Translations under genes and position numbers: made by a program
Shown here: positions 9,856 to 20,087 of the stretch, in pieces
How the letters are laid out: the number at the start of each line of letters is the position of its first letter
Numbering within the stretch: position 1 is the stretch's first letter
The notes under the pieces: generated by a model
Databases searched by the model: none
Told to the model about the DNA's origin: nothing
What the model saw: the letters and a program-made list of their open reading frames with translations, nothing else
Source: Nitrosopumilaceae archaeon
GTDB taxonomy: Archaea; Thermoproteota; Nitrososphaeria; Nitrososphaerales; Nitrosopumilaceae
Direction of reading: 5' to 3'
Length of the DNA: 64,000 bases
Assembly: GCA_965214835.1 (NCBI GenBank)
Contig: CBDCCK010000002.1
Coordinates: 2,176,001-2,240,000, forward strand

Positions 9856-11180
9856 GCGTCCTGGGCGCACCTGAATCCGGAGAACAACCACCTCTCATCT
9901 GGCCTGAAAAAGTTCCTATAGCTGCCCCTGATTGACATTGCCGGCGTTGCAAACGAGCCCCCCCTGAGCACCCTTTGGCCGGTAAACCACTTGTCGTTGT
10001 ACTCCTCAAACCCCGTCTTGAATCCCGGATACCCCACAAACTCAGAGGCGGTCCACTCCCAGACATCGCCGATCATGTGCTGGCACCCATAGCTGCTCGC
10101 CCCGCCTGGATAGCCTCCCAACTCGGAGCACTTCCACAGGTATGACTCTAGCAGGTTGCAGTTTTCCCCCGCCGGCCTTTGGCTCCCCCACGGGAATACG
10201 GTCTTTGACCGGACCTGCCTGTCCCAGCATGCGGCCTTTTCCCACTCGGCCTCCGTCGGCAGTCGCCACCCAGCCCACCTGCAAAACGCGTCTGCCTCAT
10301 AAAAACTCACGTGGATAACCGGCTCCCTGGGGTTGACCCTCCTTTTTCCCTCAAAGTCTCGCGTGTGCCACTGCCCGTCGATTCTCTCCCAGTACATGGG
10401 GGCCTCCCAGCCGTTTTCCCTCACCTTCTCCCATCCGTCTGACAGCCAGTACCTAAAATCCCCGTATCCGCCGTCCTCGACGAACTTCAGGTACTCCCCG
10501 TTTGAGACCGGATACTTGCCTATCTTGTAGTCATTGAGGTACACCCTGTGCTCGGGCAGCTCTATGTCATAGCAGAACCCGTCCCCGGTGCTGCCTAGGT
10601 TGTAGATTCCACCCGGAATCGTGATCATGGAGTTTTCAACCCGCGCCTGTCTGCTCGGTTGGTTCTTGTGGGCAGGCATGTACCTCTCTGCTAGCAGGTG
10701 CTGAAGATCATATACCAGCAGCTCCTGGTGCTGGCACTCGTGATGAAGCCCCATGACAAGCAGCGCCCGGGCCCTCTCGTCGATGGTGCTTTTCTCCAGG
10801 AACTCCCTTACGCGCCGGCTTGTCGTGTCAAAGTACTCGAAGATCTGATCCAGGGTCGGGCGTGAAACCACGCCCCTTTTGTCCTTGTCGTGCGGCCGGC
10901 CGAACTGGTTATAATACGAGTTGAGATACTCTGAGAACTCCTTTGAGTAAAACTCGTACCCCTCGTCGAGCTTGCTCATGATCACCTCATACAGCCAACT
11001 TACGTGGCCTATGTGCCACTTTGGGGGGCTGGTGTAAAACGCAGTCTGCACTACAAAGTCATCCCTTTCTAACGTCTTGACCAGCTGAAGCGTCCGGTCC
11101 CGCGTCTCGTTGAACTGCTCAATCAGCGACCTGTTGCCTTGCTCTGAGACGGTGGTCATTTTGCTATCGTGATGGTACAC
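9852..11180 (-). CDS. egtB: Ergothioneine sulfoxide synthase (DinB + FGE domains)
   Basis: SPPKWHIGH, HHECQHQEL metal ligands, RLPTEAEWEKA, YRNFF...FSGFR. Confidence 0.93.
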   Translation of the reverse strand: MYHHDSKMTTVSEQGNRSLIEQFNETRDRTLQLVKTLERDDFVVQTAFYTSPPKWHIGHVSWLYEVIMSKLDEGYEFYSKEFSEYLNSYYNQFGRPHDKDKRGVVSRPTLDQIFEYFDTTSRRVREFLEKSTIDERARALLVMGLHHECQHQELLVYDLQHLLAERYMPAHKNQPSRQARVENSMITIPGGIYNLGSTGDGFCYDIELPEHRVYLNDYKIGKYPVSNGEYLKFVEDGGYGDFRYWLSDGWEKVRENGWEAPMYWERIDGQWHTRDFEGKRRVNPREPVIHVSFYEADAFCRWAGWRLPTEAEWEKAACWDRQVRSKTVFPWGSQRPAGENCNLLESYLWKCSELGGYPGGASSYGCQHMIGDVWEWTASEFVGYPGFKTGFEEYNDKWFTGQRVLRGGSFATPAMSIRGSYRNFFRPDERWLFSGFRCAQDA

Positions 11181-11196
11181 TCGGAACTGCTGATGT

Positions 11197-11430
11197 CTAT
11201 GTCTGGATTGTTTTGGATGCTACCGGCTCATCTTTTGCCCTGTTGTGGGTATGCTTGATTGTGTATGCTGAATTTTTTACCTTGACTAACATGCTTGGTT
11301 TTCTAGCGTTGAAAAGTCTTGTAGCTGCTAAAGACATTTTTTCTGCTAGAATAAGATTCCCTAAAACTATCTTGGCCCCTGCTTCTCCCGCTAGAACCAA
11401 CTGATCTTTAAAAAGTGAGGTGCGCTTCAC
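11197..11430 (-). CDS. Hypothetical small protein or remnant in an AT-rich patch
   Basis: 77-aa ORF in low-GC segment beside the IS66 insertion; no recognised motif. Confidence 0.25.
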   Translation of the reverse strand: MKRTSLFKDQLVLAGEAGAKIVLGNLILAEKMSLAATRLFNARKPSMLVKVKNSAYTIKHTHNRAKDEPVASKTIQT

Positions 11431-11494
11431 TCAGAAAGTTCCCTGGATATCTCTTTTATAGCTTTCCTTGCATTGGAGGTACGAGGTCACGTTC

Positions 11495-12954
11495 CTAAAC
11501 CAGTTTCATGGCCTTGTCTGCTACGGATCTGCCCCTTGCACTCCATGTCAGTATGCACGTCATAAACTGCGACCACCTCCTCATCCAGAGTTCCCCTCCC
11601 TTGATCTGCCCGCTTATCTTGCGGAAGACGACGGCGTAATGGAGGGCACGCTCTGCGGCGTTGTTTGTGGGATGCACGCCGTCGTGCTCCGGGAACGTAA
11701 ACAGGTGCGGCAGCGAGCTTGTCAGTCTGCGCAGTACCGGGCCCAGGACGAAGTCGTCCGTGCCTTCCCGGTACCCGGACAGTATGTTGCGCAGCCAGGA
11801 CTCGAACCTTCTGCGCAGATCCTTGCCCCTGTCCTTCCTCCTTACCCTGACGGCGCTGCAGTACAGCTGCCGAAGCTGCTCGTACAGTATTCCCGCAAAC
11901 AGCGGGGCGCCCTGCTTTTGCGCCGCGTATTTTGATACGCGCAGCTCGTGCGACCAGCACAGCTGGTGCCTGTCCTCCCCGTTGAACCTGTCATACACCG
12001 AATACTTGTCAGATGGGGGTTGTCGCCTAATTCGCTAGAATCCCCGAAAACCGTTGAGATGCCCATATGATTAGGCGTGCAAAAGGGCGGAAATTCAGAA
12101 AAACGTGCAGATTGGGTCAAATAAGTGGAATTAGGCGACAACCCCTGTCAGATGTCGCTATTCCGCCATACCCCCTCCATGTGCCTGTCCAGGAACAGTG
12201 CGTCCCTGCTCGTATTGTACTTGACAAACACGCCGTTGTCCGTCTCGGCAGTCCATGTCCATATGCGGCTGCCGTTCATGTTGGCCGCAGTCTCGTCTAT
12301 TCTGACGTTGGATGATCTCTTGATGCCGCCTAGGATCGCGCCTGACGGCTTTTGCATAGAGTCGCATACCTCTCCGATCATGTTGATTACGGTCGATTTG
12401 GCGATGCTCCTGCCGGTAAGATCCTTGAGCGTGTCTGCCACGGACTGCAGCGGCATGTGCCTTGCGCGCAAGGCAGACACAAGGGAGATCATGTGCTTGC
12501 CGTACCTGCCCCTCCTTGGGAGTCCGTCGTCTGCTGATATCGTAATGCCGCACAGTCTGCATGTGGCACGCTCGGTTATGTGCCGCGTCTCTGTCATCCT
12601 GACCGGTTCAAAGTCGATGATGTCCCGTATCAGGGCAGTTATGTCCATGGCCCTCCCGCACATGCACACCGGCGAGCACGTCCCGTCGTTGTCCTGGAAC
12701 GTGTGAAGCACCGTCTTCTGTGGGTCGTGTCTTCTGGATGTCCCCTTGTGGCCCCTCTGGCCTCCCGGCTTTTTGCCGGTGCCACTACTGCTGCCGTTGC
12801 TGCCGTTGCTGGCCCTCTCCCCTTTCCGCTGCGCCTTTTGCCTCTTGTACTCTAGTGATTCTGCAGACGGTGGCGAGTTCTCGTTCTCGTAGTACCGGAG
12901 CCGCCTGTCTTGCTCCTCGATTATCCTGTCCTTCTTCTTTATCATCCTGCACAT
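11495..12954 (-). pseudogene. IS66 TnpC transposase, broken by a MITE and a homopolymer frameshift
   Basis: KKPGGQRGHKG, IDET, QLCWSHELR, TNNAAERAL; reconstructed GYGGIATSDKYSVY across the break. Confidence 0.9.
12016..12145. mobile_element. 130-bp MITE (family B) inside the IS66 transposase
   Basis: Perfect 18-bp IR GGGGTTGTCGCCTAATTC; 9-bp TSD TGTCAGATG at 12007-12015 and 12146-12154. Confidence 0.93.
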
Positions 12955-13150
12955 TGCCTTTTGGCTATTTTCTAGCGTGTTTACTCTGTCTGTGAATGAT
13001 ACGATTGTGGCCTCTAGTTCCCGGTATGTGGGTCAACGGCCTTTCATGATGCTGATGCTATACAGGCATCGTATTTGATCAGCATGATCGCAATATGTTA
13101 AGCAGGTTGTCAAAACACGTCAAAACTAGGTTACCTCGTACCATTGGAGG

Positions 13151-13239
13151 GTAAGAGTTTGCGTCCTGCAGCACTGCCAGTCAAGGCCTTGATCGCCGTG
13201 CACACAACACCGCACCTTCGGGAGGGGGCAAGCTCTTGT
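13151..13239 (+). mobile_element. MITE family A, diverged copy
   Basis: GTAAGAGTTTGC...GGGGGCAAGCTCTTG, same internal layout as 8686-8776; no TSD seen. Confidence 0.75.
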
Positions 13240-13717
13240 CGTTCGGGTATGGGCAAGCTATAACATCTTTCACCCTTTTGAAGCCTGCTGGTTTTAGTAT
13301 TGTTGCCGTCTTGCGCCTTTTATTATCCTGTGGATGTCGCGTTTCTTCATAATCCATAGCTGAAAGCGTACACCTTGTGTGCCGCCTGTACTGTAGTACT
13401 TTCCATCCACGATCCCATGCGTGGAATTTTGCGTGTCGGGGTTCCATGAGACGGCGGCCACAAGGGGCGGCAGCACATTTTCAGCTAGATCTGCCGGACT
13501 GCAATGGAAGGTACAGATACGATCTAGCAGCTGGGGGCAAACATGAGGTGATCCACCACCACGGTTCTGGAGGCCGTTGAGGAAAAAACATGATCCGGCC
13601 AGAAAATCACCATCGGGATCCCGGGCTGAGACTCGGTGGACGTAATTGGCCTGATGTCATAAGAGCATCAGGGGGGTTTGGGCACCAGAATCACGGGCCC
13701 TCTTGACGTCGCCGGCA

Positions 13718-15163
13718 CTAGTATCCCCTTGCAAACAGCGGGGCCGACTCGCATTGCTCGTTGCAGCATACGCATCTTCCGGCAGCGTCCTCGCTGCCAA
13801 ACGGTATCACCCTGATCTCCGCCCCCGTATCCTCCTTGATTTTTTCCTCACACTCTCGCCTTCCGCACCAGCGCGCCCTCAGGAATCCTCCTGACTCGGC
13901 ACCCTTTTTGAGCTCGTCATACGACGGGATCTCGACAGTCTTTTCCTCCAGCAGCTTTTTTGCCCTTTTTAACATCCCGTTCTGGGCCGAGTCCAGGATC
14001 TCTTGCACTCTTGGCACAATCACGTCCAGTCCTACCTCTGTCTTTTCCTTGTTGTACCTGGTCGCAACAACTGCCTTGCTGTTTTGGATGTCCCGTGGAC
14101 CGATCTCGATTCTGACTGGTACCCCCCTCAGCTCCCAGTCGCTGAACTTGTACCCAGGCGTCAGTCCCCGCCTGTCATCTATGTGAACCCTCAGGCCTGC
14201 CTTTTCCAGCTCTGTCCTGATGCATCGGGCCTTTTCTAGGACATGCAGCTCGTCTTTTTCCTTGAGGATGATTGGCACGATTACTGCCTGAACCGGCGCA
14301 ACCTTGGGCGGCAGGACCAGGCCGTCATCATCGCCGTGGATCATTATCATTGCGCCTACCAGCCTCCATGAGACGCCCCATGACGTCTGCCACGCAAAAT
14401 GCTCCACATTGTCCCTGTCTGCAAACTTGACCTCAAACGGCCTTGAAAAGTTCTGTCCGAGAAAGTGAGACGTTCCCATCTGCAGCGCCTTTCCGTCAGG
14501 CATGACGGATTCCATGGTTGTCGTGTAGACTGCCCCTACGAACTTTTCCTTTTCGCTTTTCTTGCCTACCGTGACGGGAATTGCCAGCTCCTCCTCGACT
14601 GTCTGCCTGTATATGTCCAGAATCTCCATGACCTCTTTTTCTGCCTCTTCCCGTGTTGCGTGCACCGTGTGGCCCTCCTGCCATAGAAACTCCGAAGTCC
14701 GAAGGAACGGCTTTGTCGCCTTGATCTCTGCCCTCAGCGCGGTATTCCAAAAGTTGATCTTCAGCGGCAGATCCCTCCAACTCTGAATCCATTTTGAGTA
14801 CAGCGAGTATGCCAGCGTCTCCGAGGTCGGCCTCAGCGCGAGCCTGTCGCCGATCTCGTTTGCTCCTGAATGCGTCACCCAGAATACCTCCGGATCAAAC
14901 CCCGTAAAGTGATCCTCTTCCTTTTTTAGTAGCGATTCTGGAATCAGCACAGGCAGGAACCCGTTTCTGATTCCCCTCTTTGAGAACTTTTCGTCCAGCC
15001 TGCTCCTCAGTGACTCCCATACGGAGTATCCGTCAGGCCTTAGGACAATGAGTCCCTTTACCGGTGCGTAGTCTGCCAGCTCTGCCTTGAGAACTACCTG
15101 CGTGTACCACTCGCTAAAGTTCTCGCCCTTTGAAACCGTGATTCCGACCTCCTCTTTGTTCAA
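13718..15163 (-). CDS. proS: Proline--tRNA ligase (archaeal/eukaryotic type)
   Basis: FSEWY, LRPTSET, PFLRTSEFLWQEGH, QTSWGVSWR, C-terminal ARGY. Confidence 0.97.
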   Translation of the reverse strand: MNKEEVGITVSKGENFSEWYTQVVLKAELADYAPVKGLIVLRPDGYSVWESLRSRLDEKFSKRGIRNGFLPVLIPESLLKKEEDHFTGFDPEVFWVTHSGANEIGDRLALRPTSETLAYSLYSKWIQSWRDLPLKINFWNTALRAEIKATKPFLRTSEFLWQEGHTVHATREEAEKEVMEILDIYRQTVEEELAIPVTVGKKSEKEKFVGAVYTTTMESVMPDGKALQMGTSHFLGQNFSRPFEVKFADRDNVEHFAWQTSWGVSWRLVGAMIMIHGDDDGLVLPPKVAPVQAVIVPIILKEKDELHVLEKARCIRTELEKAGLRVHIDDRRGLTPGYKFSDWELRGVPVRIEIGPRDIQNSKAVVATRYNKEKTEVGLDVIVPRVQEILDSAQNGMLKRAKKLLEEKTVEIPSYDELKKGAESGGFLRARWCGRRECEEKIKEDTGAEIRVIPFGSEDAAGRCVCCNEQCESAPLFARGY

Positions 15164-15544
15164 ACTGTGAACGCTTTACAAAAATCATTAATGAGCCTTT
15201 CGTGCTTGCCGGAGGCCGACGAGATGACAGGGGCTCATTCTGCAGGGCGGTAGCATGCCATGTCTGGCGGGCAAGAGACACGGAGGGGATCACCGGATCC
15301 ACTGCGGCACGAGTCACGCTGGGGCGAGGAGCCGTTTCCGGTTTACGGGTGCATGGGGCAGGCATTGTTGGCAGCCTTCTGAAAAAACTGGCAGGCCCGC
15401 CATGATCCTGAAGCCGTGATCTCCTGAACTCCTAGGCAATCTGACCTGCCAGCTGACATGCTGCGGCACAAGTGGCACTCCAAGACAAGCCATATCCATT
15501 TCATTGCTGTGGAATCAAGAGAATTTCGCGATGCACTGGTAGCC

Positions 15545-15844
15545 TTAGAGGCTGTGGCCCTTGCACAGTACCCTTCCGGTAACCCTGCTCTGAAAGTTCG
15601 GACAGACAAAGCACTTGACAAAGTGCGTCTCCTCACCTAGAACCGGACACTCCACATACTCCTGCTTCATCCTCCTGAGCATCTTTGGACTGACACCCTT
15701 GAGCTTTAACTTTCCCTTGTCGTCCATCATTCCCGATGTCTTTAGCTCCGCCTTGGTCTCCTCGGGAATCTTTTGCCTTTTTTCGGTCTGTCTTACCTCC
15801 ACCTCGTACTTGTGTTCCAGCTCGTCGGACATATGTGATACCAT
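15545..15844 (-). CDS. Hypothetical protein with Cys-rich, probably Zn-binding C-terminus
   Basis: ECPV...CFVCPNF...VLC; coherent ORF with an AT-rich promoter-like stretch upstream. Confidence 0.7.
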   Translation of the reverse strand: MVSHMSDELEHKYEVEVRQTEKRQKIPEETKAELKTSGMMDDKGKLKLKGVSPKMLRRMKQEYVECPVLGEETHFVKCFVCPNFQSRVTGRVLCKGHSL

Positions 15845-15996
15845 TTTGAGGTCTGATTTATTACTAGCGGTAGGCCCAGCTAAGTGAAATGTAAATGAGA
15901 TTTGCTGTTTTGTCTTGCTGCTGAGGCGTTGCGCCTCATGCCCAGTTTTTGTTTTTGCGCGATTTCAGGGTACTTTTCACTTAGCTGAGGCCCGGA

Positions 15997-16087
15997 GTAA
16001 GAGTTTGCCCATTAGGCGATACTGCTGGTCAGAACCTTCATGATCACGCCTGCCACGCCGTATCTCAGGGGAGGGGTAAGCTCTTAC
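15997..16087 (+). mobile_element. MITE family A copy
   Basis: GTAAGAGTTTGCCC...GGGGTAAGCTCTTAC, 91 bp. Confidence 0.85.
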
Positions 16088-16232
16088 CCGGCGCCAAGCG
16101 CGGTAGGCCGTGACTACACGCGTCGCATCCTGCATTTATCGAAGAACCATGCCAGGAGCCAGCCTGGTCTTTGAGGTGGGCGCTAGAGTCTGTATGGAAT
16201 CATGATGGCCGCACGCTGTCTTTTTTTTGACA

Positions 16233-16873
16233 TCAGGGTTTTCGTAACGTACCATCACCTGATAATTCGATTGTCCCGGTGCATGGATCAAGAAAACTTG
16301 TAAACTCATCAGGATTGCTAATTGTTCTCATTGCAGCAAACACACGTATGACTGAATTGGGAAACGCCTCTGCAATTCTGTTGGCCGCGCCCAGGATCGT
16401 GGCTCCCCGTGTTATCACGTCGTCTACTAGGACGATTTCTTTTGGGTTGGGCAATGACTCTTTGACCCTCATTGATTTGTGGTGATCAGACGCTTTGGGC
16501 CGGCTTGATGCTGGCACACTAGATGATTTTGGCAAAGGGGTGTCTCGAATCAAACATTCCTCATTTATCCCTAGGCCATTATTTGCTATGCGCTGATGCT
16601 ATGCGCTGTGGCACCCAAAGATCACCTTTTTGCGCCAAGGAACTTTTTGGAATGGGAACCAGCATGGTGGATTCCACGAAATAATTAGAGAAAGGGTACT
16701 CGTCAAGATTGTCTTTGATGTCCTGCGCAACAACCTCCGACATCAGTTTTTTTGACTCTAAAACTCTCATTTTTGAGGTTTCTCGTCATCATCCTTGATT
16801 GGCCATGTTCTTGTTGATCACCTCTTGGGGCATAAGTTAGCAGTGATCCAAAACCAATCCTTGTGACTCTCAT
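16233..16873 (-). pseudogene. ComF-like phosphoribosyltransferase, two frameshifts
   Basis: Three successive ORF fragments; LVPIPKS and PRPP-binding IVLVDDVITRGAT motif; low GC. Confidence 0.85.
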
Positions 16874-16984
16874 GTTAGACAATTCCCGAAATAGCTCAGG
16901 CATTTTGATGTCTGATGGCAGATTTGATCTGGACCCCGTATTTTCGAACCACTTTTTGGGCGTTTTTGCGTAGCTCTGGCATCA

Positions 16985-17821
16985 TCATTTGCCTGCCTCC
17001 CTTTGGTGCCGTACGACGAACTCCATCGGAGTGAGATATCCAAGTGAGGAGTGTATTCTGTCATGGTTATAGTCCCTAAATGCCTCCCTTATGACGTCTG
17101 AGGCGTCCTGGAAGGAGTCAAATTCATGGGGCCACAGGTATTCCCTCTTGATGCTTCCGTGAAACGACTCTATGTGGCCGTTTTGTTCTGGCGTCCTGTA
17201 TGCTATGAGCTCGTGTCTTATTCCCAGCTGTTTCAGGGACTCCCTGAACATGCGCGACGTATACTGAGAACCGTTGTCTGTCCGCAGGGTCAGCATGCTG
17301 CAGTCCGGATCTGCTGCCGATACCGCATCGAGTACGGCCTGAATCGCATTCTCCTTTTGCGCCGTGGTATCAAAGGAGTATGCAAGCCATCTGCGCGAAA
17401 AGGCATCAAGTACGTTGAAACAGTAGCACCAGCCGTCCCCGCCGCAGTCCACGTATGTAATGTCTGCCTGCCACAGCCGGTTGGGGGCATCTGGCCTTGT
17501 AAGCTTGCGCGAGGCCCGTATTATGTCGTTTTTGGTCTTTTTGGGCTCGATCCAGCCTATCTGGCGGTAGATTCGCTGTATCTTTTTGCGGTTTACGCGC
17601 ACGCCAGTCTCGCGCAATATCTGGTTTGCCATCCTCCGGGTTCCATACGTCGGCCTTTTCTTGCCTATGGTACGTATGATTGAGACCGTCCCAGAGTCGG
17701 CTTTTCTGGTCCGTCTGTCGACGTCCTTCCTGGCGTAATACCAGGTGCCCTTTGAGACGCCGCAGTATTTCAGGGCCGTGTTGAGGCTCATCTTCTGGTG
17801 GCAGATCTGTACGGCATTCAT
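16985..17821 (-). CDS. IS3 OrfB DDE transposase
   Basis: YGTRR, WQADITY, TDNGSQY, QNGHIESF, YNHDRIHSSLGY. Confidence 0.95.
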   Translation of the reverse strand: MNAVQICHQKMSLNTALKYCGVSKGTWYYARKDVDRRTRKADSGTVSIIRTIGKKRPTYGTRRMANQILRETGVRVNRKKIQRIYRQIGWIEPKKTKNDIIRASRKLTRPDAPNRLWQADITYVDCGGDGWCYCFNVLDAFSRRWLAYSFDTTAQKENAIQAVLDAVSAADPDCSMLTLRTDNGSQYTSRMFRESLKQLGIRHELIAYRTPEQNGHIESFHGSIKREYLWPHEFDSFQDASDVIREAFRDYNHDRIHSSLGYLTPMEFVVRHQREAGK

Positions 17822-18105
17822 CCTTTGCTCAGCTCCATTGTTTTTTTTAAAGCGTCACAGGCCACTGCATACTCGCCTATGATGCGTTTGAGATTCTGGT
17901 TCTCCTTTTGCAGGGCAGCCGCTGCCTTGTCATTCCGGCCCAGGATGGATGCCTTGCCGCCCTCGACGAACCTGTCCATCCACCTGCCAAACGTGGTGGG
18001 CGCGATGTTGTGCTTGCGGCACAGCTCGGCAGTGCTGATGCTGGTCTTGATGGACTCCATCACTATGTCTGTTTTTTCGGCCAATGTGAACTTTTGTTTT
18101 TTCAT
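17818..18105 (-). CDS. IS3 OrfA HTH protein
   Basis: HTH (AELCRKHNIAPTTFGRW) and zipper (LQKENQNLKRIIG); A-rich slippery tract near its end. Confidence 0.9.
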   Translation of the reverse strand: MKKQKFTLAEKTDIVMESIKTSISTAELCRKHNIAPTTFGRWMDRFVEGGKASILGRNDKAAAALQKENQNLKRIIGEYAVACDALKKTMELSKG

Positions 18106-18177
18106 GCCCCGTATGCCCTCCTGTCACATACAAATTCTACGCATTTGGGTGGTTCGAATTTTATGGGGTCCTCACCA

Positions 18178-18835
18178 GATTTTCCAAAATATCGACATGC
18201 TTGTCAAGCATCATTGCACCATAGTCGATCATCTTTTTTGGCCATCCAGGTTCCTTGTTTTCTGCCACGGCCTTGCAGATGGACAGTGGTCTACCTATCC
18301 TGAGTGTCTACCATCCCTGATGTAGCGACCCACTGGATTCTCCGGCCTCTATAATCACGGTTGCATCTGAGATTATTGCCATGGTTCGGTTTCGTAATAC
18401 AAAATCCTTTGGTGTTGTCTTGTGGCCTACAGGGTACTGTGAAATGGCCAGATGATTCATCATGATCTCTTCTTGTAGCGATGAATTTTCCTTTGGATAT
18501 GTCCTGTCTAGCGGGATCCCAAGCACTGCGATGGTTTTTCTCCGCATTCGATGGCGGTTCTGTGCCCCGCGATATCGATTCCACTGAAGCCCGCTTATTA
18601 TTGCCACATTGTTTTCAACCAAGAGCCTTGTGATTTCTCCGGCCTCTGACAGTCCATGTTCCGATGCGCCCCTAGAACCGATTACTGAAACCCTTGGGCA
18701 CGGCAGGGGAATCATCCCTGTGACCCCCCTCTAGAAAATCCCGTCCTTTGGAGAAAACTTTGACTCTACGTCGTTTAGCTGGTGTCCAAGCAAGTCTGAC
18801 ATCTGAATAGACGGATATTTCGTTTCACTATTCAT
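18178..18835 (-). pseudogene. dprA: DprA/Smf-family protein, multiply disrupted; C-terminus separated by IS3
   Basis: VSVIGSR, IISGL, TIAVLG, YPKEN, FVLRNR, IIEAGESSGSL motifs; in-frame stops and frameshifts; ATG at 18835 with GGAGGAG upstream. Confidence 0.88.
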
Positions 18836-19065
18836 CTGTTGCAACTCCTCCCGTTTGCATCCTAACACCTGCATCTGAGGCATACTGGCACAATGTAATC
18901 AGAATGATTGCACCCTTTTTTATTTTAGGATTCGCATGATCGCCTGGCTGGCACGACTGCGATCTTGCGTCCTGGGGGATCCTAAAGGTGGTGTGCGCCG
19001 CATACAGACGGACTTGACCTGAATCTGCCGGGTCGTGAGGCGGCGTATTGGGCACCAAATTTTCT

Positions 19066-19115
19066 AGAGTTTACCCCTTAGGCGACATTGTCAGCCGGGC
19101 CCTTGATCACCGTGC
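19066..19115 (+). mobile_element. Truncated MITE family A copy
   Basis: AGAGTTTACCCCTTAGGCGACA...TTGATCACCGTGC matches the left half of the family. Confidence 0.65.
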
Positions 19116-19153
19116 TAGATGGTTTTTATAGAATACACTTCCAGTCAAACCCG

Positions 19154-19348
19154 ATGGCAATTCTAGAGGTACTAGTTATCACCGTGATAGTTCTTACAGG
19201 CGCCTACGTGGGATACCATGCATGGCAGGACTCACTCGGCGCTCCTGATAGCGAGCCGCACTCAGCTGACCCTGAACTCATGTATCACAACTCCCAGATC
19301 CTGCCTGCCGAGTCTCACCGGGCACTCATGCCGGTTCGATTCCACTGA
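19154..19348 (+). CDS. Small protein with one N-terminal transmembrane segment
   Basis: MAILEVLVITVIVLTGAYVGY hydrophobic stretch; TTTTTATA box upstream. Confidence 0.55.
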   Translation: MAILEVLVITVIVLTGAYVGYHAWQDSLGAPDSEPHSADPELMYHNSQILPAESHRALMPVRFH

Positions 19349-19415
19349 TCGCGCAGTGCTTGATCTGAATCAGTAATTTAATATTGAATCGTTTGAGGGC
19401 AAAGTCAGAAATCAA

Positions 19416-20057
19416 TTGCTTGCCATTTTCGACGTTGAGGGAGTTCTTTTTGATGCAGAGTACCTTCCCCTGCTGGCCGAAAGGCTAAACAAGGAACAGG
19501 AAATCTGGGAAATCACAAAAAAGGGAATCCAAGGGACGATCAACTGGGAGGAGGGACTCAGGACCCGTGTTGACGCGCTGCGTGGCCTGGATTTTGATGC
19601 CTGCAAGCAGGTGGCAGACGACCTGCCAATCATGACCGGAGCAGAGACCGCATGCAGGACGCTCAAGGAGGCCGGCTGGAAGATCATGGCAGTCTCCGGG
19701 GGGTTTACCATAATGACTGACAGGCTAAAGAAACAGCTGGGACTGGATCATGTATACTCCAACGAGCTTGTCTTCAAGGACGGAAGGCTCGACGGCGTAA
19801 AGGTCAACGTTGACTCTGACAAGGCAAAATCCGCAAGAGTCAAGATTGAAGAGTGGGGTGTAAGGCGCGAGGATATCGTCGTGGTAGTTGACGGCGCAAA
19901 TGACCTGAAGCTATTCGACATCTGCGGGCTGGGCATAGCATACCGGGCACAGGATCAGGTAAAGGATCGGGCCGATGCGGTTTTAGAGGAAAAGGATCTC
20001 TCAAGGATACTTGGCATAATCAATCGACACTACAACCAATCCCAGCCCGTGGTATAG
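19416..20057 (+). CDS. serB: Phosphoserine phosphatase (HAD family)
   Basis: FDVEGVL, VSGGF, DGANDL motifs. Confidence 0.9.
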   Translation: MLAIFDVEGVLFDAEYLPLLAERLNKEQEIWEITKKGIQGTINWEEGLRTRVDALRGLDFDACKQVADDLPIMTGAETACRTLKEAGWKIMAVSGGFTIMTDRLKKQLGLDHVYSNELVFKDGRLDGVKVNVDSDKAKSARVKIEEWGVRREDIVVVVDGANDLKLFDICGLGIAYRAQDQVKDRADAVLEEKDLSRILGIINRHYNQSQPVV

Positions 20058-20087
20058 ACATAATTTCTAGTACCGTCCACTGCAACC

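Larger units (their letters stand above)
11479..13141 (-). mobile_element. IS66-family element
   Basis: IRs GTACGAGGTCAC / GTTACCTCGTAC; 8-bp TSD CATTGGAG at 11471-11478 and 13142-13149. Confidence 0.92.
16925..18177 (-). mobile_element. IS3-family element, apparently intact (1253 bp)
   Basis: TG...CA ends with IRs TGATCTGGACCCC / TGGTGAGGACCCC; 4-bp TSD GATT at 16921-16924 and 18178-18181. Confidence 0.93.

Noticed and set aside
13181-13580. Short overlapping ORFs between the MITE and proS
   Set aside because: Look like fragments of an unidentifiable pseudogene.
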